A stretch of 64,000 bases of DNA, from the NCBI RefSeq assembly GCF_018977255.1, contig NW_024704742.1:84260001-84324000 (forward strand), written 5' to 3'. The notes below the pieces were generated by a model. The model searched no databases. It was not told the origin of the DNA and was given only the letters and a program-made list of their open reading frames with translations. The position numbers and the translations under genes were made by a program. Shown here piece after piece: positions 26,367 through 40,600 of this stretch (within the stretch, counting starts at the first letter, position 1; each line of letters begins with the position of its first letter). Source of the stretch: Callorhinchus milii (Eukaryota).

Positions 26367-26944
26367 ACTAGCTGTACCTGTTGCAGCTACACTTCTGACC
26401 AACGGATATAATATGGAATGTAATTGACACACAGAAAGACACACAGACAGACATTTCATGTTTATCTCTTCTCATCTGGGAGGACTCCTGTGGGAGGACT
26501 TCTGTGGGAAGGATTCAGTGGGCAGACTTAGTGCTTTAAAAATGTAATTTTGTTGTTGCCGTGATTTATCTTCGTCTGTGTTCATTATTTTGTTCCCGCC
26601 ATTTGGCTACGTGCGTGCTTGTGACGCAGAATGTCACAGCGCTACGATCAGCCTGTGCGGCCACCAGGTGTAACTGCAGTGCATGCATACACATGTAGGT
26701 GCTCTGTGATGGACGATGCCAAGGAAATCACTTTGACTTGGCAACCACCAGGTGTAACTGCACCAAAAAGTGCAAAATTGAAAATAACTTGTGATCGATA
26801 GGAGATACCTGAAAAAAAATACCATATCACTCCCAGATGCAAGACCTTTCTGATGAGGTATAAATCATGTCTCTACATCAATCGATTATTGAGATCCTTC
26901 TTGAAGTGCAGACAGACATTGTCATTTTTATTAGTATAGAAGAT
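26367..26944 (+). mobile_element. Possible non-autonomous Helitron/Helentron-like element
   Basis: Starts ACTAGCTGTACC, has (CAGA)n subterminal repeats, ends ...ATTAGTATAGAAGAT, and contains an internal direct repeat CCACCAGGTGTAACTGCA. Classification is from recalled end motifs only. Confidence 0.35.
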
Positions 26945-29900
26945 AATCACAAAACATTGCATTAGAGTAATGATTTTCAAGTTTAGTGTCTGTCTTTTTA
27001 TTGTAGGCATACACAGCAAACATTTCACACACACACACCCGAGTCCACAAATAGCCATGAGGTAAACAAAGAATTTATCCAGAGGATTGTTGGCCAGGCC
27101 TCCGGGAAAAATGTCATCCTTTCAAGCAGTGTTGTGAGATCTTTAATGTCCATATGAAGAACAGGCAGGTGGGACACTGGTTTGAACATCTTATCTGAGG
27201 AGCCACACAGCACTTTCTCAGAATTGAACTCAGTATTGACTGAATTCATGGACGAAGGGAGATGAGATAAAGTCTTACAATAAATGTTTTACTGCAAAGT
27301 TATTTGGACATGTTGAAGTGGATCTCACTGACAATACTGTGATGAAGCAAGCTGCTCTAAACCTAATAATAATAATCCTTGCATTTGACATAGCCCTAAC
27401 CATGTCTTTGAGACGTTTCAAAACGCTTCACAGAATATACTGTAAAGTGAATTAACTGTATAATTTTGTGGGCAAAACACAGCAGCCAATTGTGCACAGC
27501 AGAGTCCCACAAACAGTCTAAACCTAGCCTGAATCTTTGAATTGATATGCCCCAAGTGTTATGCCAAATCAGCTCCGTGGTATCAGTTATGATTTAAGAC
27601 AGTTTACTCTTATATCTTGCTTTGTCTGTAAAATATTTACGTATTTGAGAATCACTTACATAGCGGATTCCTTGACATTGTGCATGCATGCAAAGATGAG
27701 CTATGTTGTCAGGGAGGGAAAAAAATACAAATCTCGACAGAATTCCAGCTGCCTTGCAATAATGGTGTTTATGAAGATATCCACCAGCTGACAGTTCACT
27801 GGCACTCAAGCTGAGTTTTGTCAAATGTAGTATATAGAATGTGTCCCACACAGTCTTGGACAGCTAACAGCTATTGCGAAAAGGGAAGAACTGAGATCAG
27901 AGGTTAGCGGTCTCACAACCCAGCTCTGAATTAAACTTGTGACCTTTTTTAATGTGCTAAGGAGGAGAAAGCAGAACAACTGAGGGATTTTAGAGGCACT
28001 GACTGTGCTAGAGCTGTGTTGATATACAAACTCGTGGAGATTGTACATCAACATTTATTTTTTAAGAAAACAATTATACGCGTTTAAAAAGAGTTGTGAG
28101 ACTTTGGAGGCTTCCATTGTTGAAGCAAAGTCTATCCTCTTGGAGGGGGTTTGGGGTGGCGGGAGAGGAAGGTACGTGAGATTGTCTTGATGTTGAGCTG
28201 GCTCCAAGATGACAAGTTTGGCAATAAAATGTTGGAATCAAATCATGTCTCTGTGGTGATATCGGTAGTCTGATTCCCAAGCCAGGAGGGGTCACAATAC
28301 TCTTGGACACTGCTGATGATAGGCTCATCAGCAGGACTTGCAGGGCACAGCGGTTACTGTGGGCAGAGATTGTTCCCACTGGTCTCCTATTAATCCTGCA
28401 ATCCAAAGGGCTTGCCAAACAGAGCTCCCAATGGCAAGTTTCACGGTTTTAGCTGGTTAAACCCCAATATGGGGTCCCCAAGCTTTGGTTCTTGCCAACC
28501 TGCACCTAAAATTCTTCTCAGAATAGGTAACAGCTTTGCTGGTTCTGGCCCCTGCTCGTCCCTCATCTTCTCCACCATCGGCAGCCGTGCTTTCAGCCAC
28601 TATGCCCTGAAACTTTGGAACTCTCTCCCCCAATTCCTCTGCCTTGACCCCCCACCCTTCCCATTTTTCAGATCAAGCTTGAAGACTTTCCTCTTCGTCC
28701 ATGCTTACGGTCACCTCTTCCCTCCCCCCGCTCGATGTCAAACTCTGCTCCGTTAAACGCTCTGAGACACTGTCCTGTATGAAGAGTGCTATATAAATGC
28801 AATTTGTCGTTGTTCATGATGTCACTTCTGGTTTGTTTAGTAGAAGGTTGTCAACAAAATGATCTGCTGAGAAAAGCAAGTCAATATACTCGGTCAAGAG
28901 AGATGTACCTTGATGTAGGTCAGTTGTTGCAATATATTCAGTTCCCAAATTTCATATGTAATGACTTCCAAAGCACATTCAAGCAAAAATATAGCACAGT
29001 CTAGTAAAGCTGAAATAAGTAAGAGCAGGAATCTTAAAGGAAACTTAGCTATGCTTGCAACTGGTAGAGATCTAGTCTAAAAGCTAAACCAAAAATACTG
29101 GTGCTGATACAACTGCAACTCAACGTTCACAAGTGCAGAGCTAATCTTTGCCTTGCTGAAAATGTATTGCTGGAGCTTGTGACAGTCTCTGGCAAAGCAC
29201 ACAGAAAAATAACTCAGAAGTCCTTTTGTGCTTCCAGTAACGAGAAAGGGTCATATTTGTGAAAATGTGCCCTAGTTACAGTTGGCTCTGGTTATTCTCA
29301 GCCGATAATAATGATCTTTGCATTTGATGCAACTCCTTTTACATCAGGAGGACATCTCAAAGCATTTGATCTCAAAGCTGTCGTGTTCATCTACACAATA
29401 CAAACTCACTATACTACAGATTATATCTTGTGAAGCATTTTCAGACGTCCCCTGAAGTGAAAGGTGCTAGCGAATTATGATATAAAATTACGATTTAAAA
29501 CTGTTCCTGAAAATGGTTGGTTTGAGCCCAAAGTCTTTGCACTTCCTTTTGTTGTACAACTATGGGGACTGAGCTGGTTATTGTAATAAGAGTCGAACCA
29601 GAATGAATTGTCTTAATGAGATACAATGGCATTTGCCTATGTGAAAATTAGTTTTATAGCTGAATGTCTCCGAACATTGGTTCAGAATAGTTAACAATGA
29701 ATAGTCAATGAATTAGCTTGAGTACACAATACACAGTCATTACACTTTGCAGTAAATCCTGTAAACCCTTTGACACATTTCAATGATATAAGGCACTCTA
29801 TCAAATGCAACAACAACTTGCACTTATAGAGCGCTCTCCATGAAGGGTAGCGTCTCACAGAGCTCAAATGCATGTATTAATATTATTTATTTATTATTTT

Positions 29901-32900
29901 TAAAGCCTATATTTCTTTGAACTATATGGCTTTTCCCTTTATATGTTTTATGCCATTGGATCCATTCAATTGTGCTGCTCTCTTCCTTGTAAACGATTCA
30001 AGGTCAATTTACTGTGCACAATCTTATTAAATTACATGGGCTTATGGTGTTTAACTCGAATGCTTTTAATTCTGTATAATCATAAAACATATTTCTTTAA
30101 CAGTCATTCCTTTCTTCAGCTCCTGTGTTGAATTATTCTAGTCTTTATGTATAAGTCCAGAGCTAGTGACTGCGACTGAGCACAACAGGAAGCAAGAGCT
30201 TAAACTAGGTCTGTATCAAGTGGTCGTCCAAAAGCCTCTGACTTTCCATTTGATACTGAACTTCCTACATAGCTAATAGAAAGACTGAATAAGGTGATGC
30301 TAGGACCGAAGCACATGGAGCTAATTACAGCACATGCTGAGAGACTTGTGCTTTAGTTAGTTTAAGCTCCTGTCTACCAGTATAAATCCTGTTGAATCAC
30401 AACAACAACATTAAATTTTGTTCACTCACAAATGGCACTATATTCAGGATTGGCCCTTTTGAATTTATTATAAGTGAATTGTAAAGACTTTTTAAAAAAT
30501 CTTTGAGGAACTTATCCTCACTTTGTTTATTTCCTTGTTTTACTCTTTTTTTGTTAACTGTTAGCAATTTCATTTGGAAGCATCTTTATAAACAGTCGAA
30601 AACCTCTGTATTTAACACTGAACATCCACAATTCTTAAATTTTAACATTAAATGGTCTTACAGGCTAAGTTTAGCTGAAATTTCAGGCACCAAATGAATA
30701 TGATTACATGACGACATTAGAAGATGTAATTAATTAAACTATGCAGGGATAATGAACATTATCATGATTGCATGTATATGTATGTGTGTTTTTTCTTCTG
30801 TGCATCAGTTTTGATTCGAAGCGGCTGGCTGCAGTCAAACTCGGCCTGCCTTTGACTTACTTGCATTCAAACCCTCACTGACCTATTTCTATGCCCTGTC
30901 ACCTCTGTCCAGCCTGTAGCAATTAGATTGGAGGGAAGGTTTCAAGAAAAGGAAGTGTCTTCTGGTGTCCTAGCCAACAGTCTGCCAAATAAAATCGTTC
31001 ATTCACTTCATGGTTGTTTGTGGGCCATTGCTGTGCGCAAATTGGCTGCCAAGTAGCCTAAAAAATGCACTTTAGATAAAATCCTGTGTAGGACTTTGAC
31101 ATATCCTTCAACCCAAAAGGCACTGTATCAAATGCAAGAATTACTTTAGCAACCAGAAGTGTCACTCACTACTTGCATTAACACAGTGTATTAACAGCGC
31201 CATCTTCTGTTTCGTTGTTATGACCTGACAATTCGTATCGAATTATTGGCTTAATACATTACTTACAATTTGTTTGGGTTAATTGAAATTCTGAGTGTTT
31301 ATGTTTGGATTGTGCAGTTTTTAATTCCATTGGAATTGGATAAATATCTGAAGAGGAGCAATATAAAAGAAAGTGGTGGCAAAGACAGGAGAATTGTGCT
31401 AAATGGTGCTAAATTGTGCTTTTTCAGAGAGCCAGCACAGGCATGATGTACCAAATGCCATCCTCTTGCACTGTAAATCTCTATGATTCAATGGCTTTAA
31501 CTCAGCTATACAGGAGGTTAAAACAGGATTCAATGGCACAGACAATAATATACTCTATGAAACAGTGTTAGTTATCCCAGCAATAGCTTTGCTGGGACCA
31601 TAAAAATGTCATCCAGTGAATATAATTGTAAGATACACCAGACTCATGCAGATCACTTATCCGAAAGAAAAAAGTTTTGTTGGAACATCTATTCAGAGAT
31701 TTCTTCCCTTTATTTATTTTGTTTCCCCAGAGTTCCCGCATGGGCTGATAAAATCACCAGGCAATGCTCAGACTGAAGATTGTATTCCACTGCAGAGATT
31801 GTGGGCAGCTAAGGTTAAGATGGCAGCAGTTTGAATTTAGTCTGGCTGGGGGGGTGGGGAGGTAGATAGGATCACTCATAGTTTATATAGTTTATAGTCA
31901 TTAACGACTAGTTTTGATTGTATATTTTGGTCGTGTAATAGCTGGTGATAATTATCATATCATGTATTACATGCTACAGCTATTTATATTGTAGAAATTA
32001 ACGGTTATTGAGAATGTGATAACTAAAGGCAGCTGGGGGGGAAGGAAGTTTAAGTAACCAGAAATGTTTTGCGTTTATCCCCTCTGGTTTCTGTCAGCCT
32101 CCAAAAGTCAGTTAGATTATCTGTTTGTGGTATTCCCCACTGCTCCATCTTTACCAATGCACAGCACCCTCTAGCCTTGTGGTGCAATGAGTTGCTGCAA
32201 TGGGGGAAAGGCCCAGGAGAGAAGGAGTTGTTCCATTTCGCAAACAAAATATACAGTAAATTTACTTTACAGTATATTTTGTGCAGCACTTTAAGATATC
32301 TCAACAACAGATAAGGCGCTATATAAATGCAAATTTGTGGAAAGATGGAATGCACAAGATGGAATGCACAAGGTGGATTTGAGGTCTTTCCAAGGAGAGA
32401 AATAGGGAACATTGGCCACATACCACAATTCATCTACAAAATACGATTACTACACTTTAACAGTAAATCCTGTGAACTCACTACACTTTACAGTAAATCC
32501 TGTGGAATTTATTTTGAGAATGACTATTTCTTTAAAGTGTAAAGATTATGATGACCTCTAGAAGGAAATATATCACACCATAAATATCTGGATATAATCA
32601 TAATCTTTATACAGCACTTTTCATGTAATATAAACGTTTTGGTTAGAGCACTCGCCTTGCAAGTGAGAGGACCCAGGTTCAACTCCCAAGTGAAGCAAAA
32701 CGTTAGTCACGTTTCCTTATTCCACATTCCTCTGTTTATCTAGCAGTAAGTAGGAACCAGGTTGTTAGTTGATTAGCGGATCACAGATTCTTAAGGGATA
32801 GGCCTAGACAAGTATAATTGAATGAACTAGATATGGGCAATGTAGTATGAGACCACAAGGTCCATCAGTTTGGTTAGTTTGTCAACTGCTCAATGTTTAG

Positions 32901-33104
32901 GAAAGCTCAGCGATGTGTGGTGCGAGACTGTCTTAAGACCTTCCTGCTCAATCGTGCCTTTGGTCAACATCCTACCCCAACCCTCCATGCCCTCCACCCC
33001 TCCTGATCCCAACCCCCACCTCTGGTGCAAATCCTTGAACTGTCCAGCAACGTGAAAGTTGCTATACAAACGTAATTTGTTGTTGATACAGAAGCTTAAC
33101 AAAA

Positions 33105-33690
33105 GTATATCCACATACACAAATCACTAAAAACAAGCTCAGAGGTGCAAAATGTTATCAAAAAGGCTAATGGGATGTTGGCCTTTATCTCAAGGGGGCT
33201 GGAATATAAAGGACAGGAAATGTTGCTTCAACTAGCCAGAGTCTTGGTCAGACCCCATCTGGAGTACTGTGTTCAGTTTTGGGCACCGCACCTCAGGAAG
33301 GATATATCGGCTCTGGAGGGTGCAGCGCAGATTCGCCAGGGCTAAAGAGTTGAATTATAAGGACAGGTTGCATAAACTTGGTCTCTATTCTTTTGAGTTC
33401 AGAAGCTTGAGGGATGATCTGATTAAGGTTTTTAAAATAATGAAGGGATTCAATAGGACAGATACAGAGAAGCTATTTCCTCTGGTGGGATCCAGAACAA
33501 GGGGGCATAATCCTAAAATTAGAGCTAGGCCTTTTAGGAGTGCAATTAGGAGGCAGTTTTTCACCAAAGTGTAGTGGAAATCTGAAACTTTCTTCCCCCA
33601 AAAGGATGCTGGTTTCTTTCACATTTTTAAAATGGAGGTAGATAAATATTTGTTAGGTAAGGGTATTAAGGGATATGGGGCAAGGGCGGA
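33105..33690 (+). mobile_element. CR1 LINE ORF2 C-terminal fragment
   Basis: KKANGMLAFISRGLEYK...LVRPHLEYCVQFWAPHLRKD; DLIKVFKIMKG. Confidence 0.9.
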
Positions 33691-33699
33691 TAAACGGGA

Positions 33700-35190
33700 A
33701 GTGCGAAGAGGTCCTAGACTTCTTTGCCTCAAAGACTGAAAACATCAACTTGGCTGATTTGTCCTCCCCCACCATGTCCCCCACCACCCCATCCAGACCA
33801 TACATACACACCCCCTTCTTCCTTCACCATGGCTCCAGACATTACCCACTCCTTACACTCTGTTGACCCCATTTCTCCCTCCTCCCTTTCAACCAATATC
33901 ACCTAGATGAAGTTCACCACCTGCTACCTTGACCCCCTCCCTACCCAGCTGCTGGTCACTCAACTCCTCCTCCTCTCCCCCCTGCTGGCCAACACGGGCA
34001 ACCAGTCTTTCTCCTCAGTCTCTGTTCCACTCCCCCTGAAAACTGCTGTTATCACACCCCTCCTCAAAAACCCCACCTTCGATCCCTCTAATCTCATACA
34101 CTACCACCCCATTTCCAACCTACCCTTCCTTGCTAAAGTCCTGGAACGCATTGTTGCAGGTTAACTTCGATCACACCTCTCCCTACACTCCCTCATTGAG
34201 CCCCTGCAGTCTGGTTTTTGCTCTTCCCCCACACCGAGACAGCACTTGTCAAAGTCACAAACAATGCCCTCCCTATCTGTGACCAGGGCTTCCTCTGCCT
34301 CCTGGTCCTCCTGGATCTCTCTGCTGTGTTTGACACAGTCGATCACGCCATCCTCCTCCACCACCTCTCCTCCCTCATCTACTTTAGTGGGAATGCACTT
34401 GCATGGTTCGAGTCCTACTTAACCAACCGCCTGCACTTCATCTCGGCAAATGGTTTCTCCTCCCGCTCCCACCCGGTCACCTGTGGGGTAACCCAAGGCT
34501 CCATCGTTGGCTCTTTTCTTTTCCTTATCTGATACTGCCAGCACCTGAGGTGTGGAGGCACTGGCATGAGCCAATCAGGAAAGCCTCGGTCTTGCTGATG
34601 TTGAGGTGGAGAAAGTTGGCCCTTGTCCAGGACTTGATGTCGGACAGGCAGTCGGTAAGGATGCCAACAGTCCTGGAGTTCAGGGTGGAGGCAGAGAGGT
34701 AGAGCTGGGTGTCATCCGCATACATGTGGAAATTTACCCCATTTACCCCTCTGCGGATGATGTCACCAAAGGGGAGCATGTAGAGGGTGAAGAGGAAGAC
34801 CGAGGACAGAGCCCTGAGGAACACCGAATGAAATGATGCGGGGGCTTGAGAAGCCATTTGCCGCGACGAAGTGGAGGCGATGTGAAAGGTAGGAGCTGAA
34901 CCAGTCAAGGGCAGAACATTGAAGGTTGAGGTGGGAGGAGAGGTGATGGAGGAGGATGAGTGGTCCACGGTGTCAAAGGAGATATCGAGGAGATATCGAG
35001 GAGGATGAGGAGGCAGAGGGGGCCCTGGTCACACATGGTCAGGATGTCATTTGTGACCTTGACCAGAGCAGTTTCCGTGCTGTGGGCAGCACTGAAACAC
35101 GATTGGAGGGGTTCATGGAGGGAGTGAGAGGAGAAGAAAGAGCAAAGCTGGGAAGCAACGGCTCTCTCAAGGACTTTGGATAGGAAGGGG
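33700..35190. mobile_element. Two convergent L2 reverse-transcriptase fragments (33700-34530 +, 34531-35190 -)
   Basis: Both carry TETALVKVTN and LD.S..FDTVDH; the + copy has TQGS and the - copy has YADDTQLY. Confidence 0.85.
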
Positions 35191-35255
35191 AGAAATCAAA
35201 TAGATTTCCCAAACAGAGGTTTGTGCAGTAAGGAAACTTGCCCAACATTTCACCT

Positions 35256-35602
35256 TGTCCTCCGTTCCTCTGGCTCCGGTCTGCTCCACATCCCCCGCCC
35301 CAACCGCCCTACCATCGGTGGCCGGGCCTTCAGCCTCTCAGCCACTAGGCTCTGGAACTCTATCCCCCAGTGCCTTCGCCGCCTCCTCCCTTTCCTCCTT
35401 CAAGGCCGGTCTCAAAACCTTTCTCTTTGACCGTGCCTTCAGCTCCCCTCTCGACTCTCTACCCCCTCCTCGCTCCCTCCCTTCCCTCCCCTCACCCTGA
35501 CCATTTCCCCCCTGCTCGGGTCCTGACCCAACTGTACAGCGCTTTGGGACATCCTCCCGACATGAAAGGCGCTCTATAAATGGAATCTTGTTGTTGTTGT
35601 TG
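35256..35602 (+). mobile_element. Young L2 3' fragment inserted into a minus-strand SINE
   Basis: Almost identical to the reverse complement of 13051-13340; SINE halves flank it at 35210-35255 and 35603-35668. Confidence 0.85.
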
Positions 35603-36770
35603 TCGAGAATCAAACTAAGTTCTCTCGCTTGAGAGGCGAGTGCTCTAACCACTGAGCTACAGGACTCCACATGGTTAAGCACGGTGATGAGGTTTTGTAT
35701 GTGGTCACATGACAGTTAGGTAACCAACAAAAAAATCTTCCTGATCTCCCCCTTTGCTATTTTAAATTGTTTCCCTTTAGTCACTGACTCATCAACCAAG
35801 TGACTCGACCAAAATGCCTCAGAATTTTAAAGACCTCCATAACCTTCTCTGTTCCAGTAAAATGGCCCATTTCCCTCATTCTTTGGGTGCATTCGATACT
35901 CAGTTGATAATAACTAATATTACCGAGAATCTTTTGCATTCAGTAGTTTCAACAATAAAACACTATATCCATCGGGTGCTCTGTGTAACTCGATCACTTT
36001 TAACTGTCACCTATGCTACATAATTAGATGTCAGTAGATGGCGCTATGCTACATGAAAGAGCCACAAATAAAATGAGAGCATCCAATATTCTGCCACTCC
36101 TACTGAAATGTTGCAATAAAATTTATATTTAGATTGTGCCTTTCTATTGGGAGAACATCTTAAAGTACTTCACGCAACTGACTGGGAGTCTGTCCTGGGA
36201 TGGGGGGGTAAAGGTGGTTGAAAGAGTAGATAGGTTTTGAAGCGGCTTTGAAGATGGAGAAGGAGAGGCCAAGATGGTGGGGTTTTGTCTCCTCGAAAAC
36301 AATACTGTCTACATTTCGTCACCACTGTGTTGCAAGTAGTGAAATAAGTGCAGCCCTTCTCCATTTCATTTCAGTATTCATTTCAATATTGATGTTGAAT
36401 TAATTCTGGAAATTTACTCACATTTCCCAAGACCAATGGCTCCCTGAACCAGTCTCCGAGACCTACCCACCTCACGTTGCCTACCTCCAACCATACCTAT
36501 CCTGCTTTTTCCCCATTCCACTACCCGCTGTCTCCGCTCGTCTGGCTCTGGACTACTGCTTGTCCCTCATCCCCTCTACTCTACCCTCAGTGACTGCGCT
36601 TTCAGCCATTAACCCCTGAAGCTTTGTAACTCTCTCCCCCAGTCCCTCTGGTTTGCTCCCTCCTTCCCCTCTTTTAGATCATGACTGAAGACCTTCCTTT
36701 TCAAATGTGCTTACCTTCATCTACTCCCTCCCCCCGGCTGAGAGTCAGTTTCCGTCACTGTTAAGCACTC

Positions 36771-37690
36771 CAACAACAACAAATTGGATTTATATAGCGC
36801 CCTCCACGCCGGACGGCATCTCAGAGCGCTTTACAGTAATGGATCCCGGGACCGAGCCAGGGAGAGGGGGAGGAAGGTGACCAAAGGCGCGATCGAAGAG
36901 AAAGGTCTTCAGCAGAGACCTGAAAATGGGAAGGGAGGGAGTGAGACGAAGGGGGGGAGGAAGGCAGTTCCAGAGCCTCGGGGCATAGTGGCTGAAGGCA
37001 CAGCCGCCGAGGGTGGAGCGGAGGACTCGGGGGACGGGGAGGAGGCCAGACCCGGAGAAACGAAGGCAACGGATGCTGTTTTGAAGAGAGAGGTCAGAGA
37101 GGTAGTAGGGTGCAGAGTAGCGCAGGGACTTGCATACAAGGGTGAGGATCTTGAAATCGATCCTCTCAGGGACAGGCAGCCAGTGCAGTCTGGCAAGGAC
37201 TGGGGTGATCGGGGAGCGGAGTTTCGTGCGGGTGAGAATGCGGGCGGCAGAGTTTCGAATCATTTGGATTTTATGGATGGTAGTGGAGAGGAGACCGGCG
37301 AGGAGGGCATTAGAATAGTCCAGCCGAGAGGTGACAAAGGCATGGACCAGGGTTTCAGCGGCTTTTGGGGAGAGGTATTGGCGGAGACGGGCAATGCATC
37401 GGAGGTGGAAGAAAGCGGTGCTGGTGAGGGACCAGATGTGGGGGAGGAAAGATAATTGGGGTTCGAATCTGACGCCTTGGTTGCGTACGGGTTCAGAGAG
37501 TTTTAGGGGGAGGTTGGGTAGGTGGAGGCGGTGAGAGCCGTGAAATTTTAGACGTTGACGAGAGCCAAAGAGTATGGCTTCCGTCTTGTCAACGTTCAGC
37601 TGAAGAAAATTTGCACTCATCCAGCCCCTGAGATCTGACAGGCAGACTGACAGAACATCAGGGGACTGGGGCGGTCGCAAAGAGAGGTGG
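36771..37690 (-). mobile_element. L2 LINE 3' fragment with about 290 open codons
   Basis: WMSANFLQLNVDKTEAILFG...[17 protein letters not shown]...LHWLPV...APRLWNCLP...LKTFLF; close relative of 24295-24907. Confidence 0.9.
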
Positions 37691-40600
37691 AAAAATAGAG
37701 TTGAGTGCTGGCCCGCGTGAAGGGCACTATATAAATGCAAGTTGTTGTTGTTCCTTGAAATATTTTTATCTTCCCATTTCTCCAGTTAATGTTGTTTCTT
37801 TCTTCTTTGAAAATATTGCAACTTTATTTCACTTTTGCCTGTAAAATTGTGTTTAATAATAATAATAATTCTTGCATTTGATATAGCGACTTATTCATGT
37901 CCTCCAGAAGTGTCAAAGCGCTTCACAGAATATACTGTAAAATGAATTAACTATATATTTTGCCTGCAGCATTGTCCCACAAACAATCGTTGATCGAGTG
38001 ACCAAACTATTATTTTTTGAAAAGGATTATTAGCCCTGGAAAAGCGATCCTCCAATTGACTAAGAACCAGGTTCCTATACTTACTGCTAGACTTGTGGAG
38101 TAAGGAAACTTGCCCAATGTTTCACCCTGCCTAGGAATCAAACCCAGGTCCTCTTGCTTACAAGCCTGGCCAGTTCTGGCTATGTACGTGCAAGTTGTTG
38201 TTGTTGAGTGCTCTAACTACTAAGCTACAGGATTCCACCTTAAATTCTGTATTTTTTCCGATTTTCTGAGCTATAATTTTCTTTTGTTTGAATTTATTTT
38301 GTAATTTTGACTTAAACCTTATAATAATAATGATAATCCTTGCATTTGATACAGTGCTTTTCACGTCTTCTCGACGTCTCAAAGCGCTTCACAGATTATG
38401 CTGTAAAGTGAATTGACTGTATATTTATGGGAGAAATGCGGCAGCCAATTGTGCACAGCAATGTCCCACAAACAGTCATGGATTGAAAATGACCAATTTA
38501 TTATTGTTTTGTTTTGGAGGGATTATTATCTTAGCCTCAACTCGTCTGGATCCAGCAATGCTTAGGTAGAACATTTCTTCCTGGCATTTACCCAGGTGCA
38601 CCTCAGGGTTGGTTAGCTCCTTTTCCAAAGTACACTGAAACTCCAATAAAGCGGTGAGGGAGTACTGCGATGTCGGAGGTACCATCCTTCAAATGCAATG
38701 TTAAACCAAGATCCCATCTACCTGTTCAGGTGAATGTTAAAGATCGCACAGCACCCTTCAAATAGAGAAGGGAATTTTTTCCTGCGTCCTGAACAATAAT
38801 CCCCAAAATAAAATTCTTCACTCATTCCATGGCTGTTTGTGGGGCACTGCTGTGTGCAAATTGCCAGCCTACAAATATACAATTGCACTCTACAGTATAC
38901 TCTAGTAAAACTTTGAGGCAGCCTCTCGACTTGAAAAGACCCATATCAACTTTAAGGATTATTATTATTATTTATATCCTTCCCCTTGGTGACAACATCT
39001 GGAGACATGAGGTCAGTTTCCATGAGACCAGGCTCTACCTCACCACTCTTGTCTTAAGATAAGCCCAAAACTCTGACCTTGCTTATCAAATTTCATATTC
39101 GGGACTGGGATGAGTGTGAATTTCATCACTCACCTAACGATCCAGCACAGAAAATTCACCACAAAATACACACAGTCACATCACTTTATAGTTTATGTTT
39201 TGAAGCACTTTGAGACATCTTGAAGATGTGATAAGGCAGTATATCAAGCACAAGGATTAGTTATTATAACATTACTACTGCATCCAAAAATAGTCTCTGT
39301 GTAGGCCAATCTTTTCCCATCTGCAGAAGAATAACTGGTAATAGCTGATGTCAGGGTGACCTAAGCAGTGGTATGCTTGGATTTCCCACGTTTCCCCCAG
39401 TCTCATTCAGAGTCTCACAATTGTGCGTATGGTAAAATCTTTCGTGAAAAGGAATTGTTTCTCAGGATCACTTCTCTAACAAGGAAGTGTTTTCTTTGTC
39501 TAATAACGGGAAGCTACTGCCTCTACAGTAACAGATGCCAAGTCATGTTTCTGACTAAAGTAAAACTGGAAATGCACAAGTCAATAGTTTTGGTTCAGAA
39601 CTTACACAAAATAGCTCCCCTTTTGAAAACTCAGAAACTAAGTGAACGAAAGACAACAGCCAAGTTGAAAAGAGATCCTTTATCACTGTTACTGAAAAAT
39701 ATATTTGTCCAGGGTCACAGACATTACAACAACAACTTGTTCTTAGTGCTTCACATGGGGTAGGTCTCGGAGCATTTGCCAACACAGAGTTCAACAACAA
39801 TTTATATTTATACACCATCTTTCACAATGGGAGTGGGGGGGCAGAAGGTGCGGACAGTATGTGTATGTGTGTGTGGGGTGGGGGAAGGGTGACCAAAAGC
39901 ACGGTTGGAAAGGTAGGTCTTAAGGTGAGCTATAATGATGGGGTGGAAGAGAGCAAGGGAGGGAGTGGGAGGCGGCGGAGAAGGGAGGTTGGGAGTGAGT
40001 AAGTGAGCCGGAGGGACAGGTGGCATTCCAGAGAGTGGCAGCAGAATGGTTGATAGCTCGACCGCCGATAATGGAGCGGCTCACACACACGCAACATGAA
40101 GCAGGTCAGGAGTTGCTGAAGGGAGGGAGCAGCTGGGTCAGTGGGGTTGAAAGAGGTTGTAAGGGTCATGCAAAGCTGCGGAGGGATTTGAAAGGAAGGA
40201 TCTTGAATTCAATCTGCTGGGGATGGGGAGCCAGTAGAAATGAGTGAGGATAGAGTGACGGGCTCACTGATGCCTGATGTTCTCTAGCTTGTGGAAGGAG
40301 GAGCTGGGGAGTCTGACAAGCAGGTTGTTCAAGTAATCAACCCTGAACATGATGAAGGTGTGAATGGTATAGTGATGAAGGTCTCATCACAGATAGCGAG
40401 AGCTAAGGGCAGAAGTGTGCATTATTGCGGAGGTGAGGGAAATCCGAGCGAGTGAGTGCCTGGTTTGAGTCAAGTCAATAATCCAATCGCCTTGGGATTT
40501 GATTGGTAGAAAACAATTTGTAGACCAGGAAGACACTCAGCACATCAACCTTGAAAAGCACGTTCAAGACAGTAAACAGGTCAGAAACCCCATTAGAATA

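Noticed and set aside
36790..37740. 316-aa ORF, the longest in the window
   Set aside because: It is the L2 ORF2 C-terminus without the RT catalytic core: a 5'-truncated retrotransposon, not a host gene.
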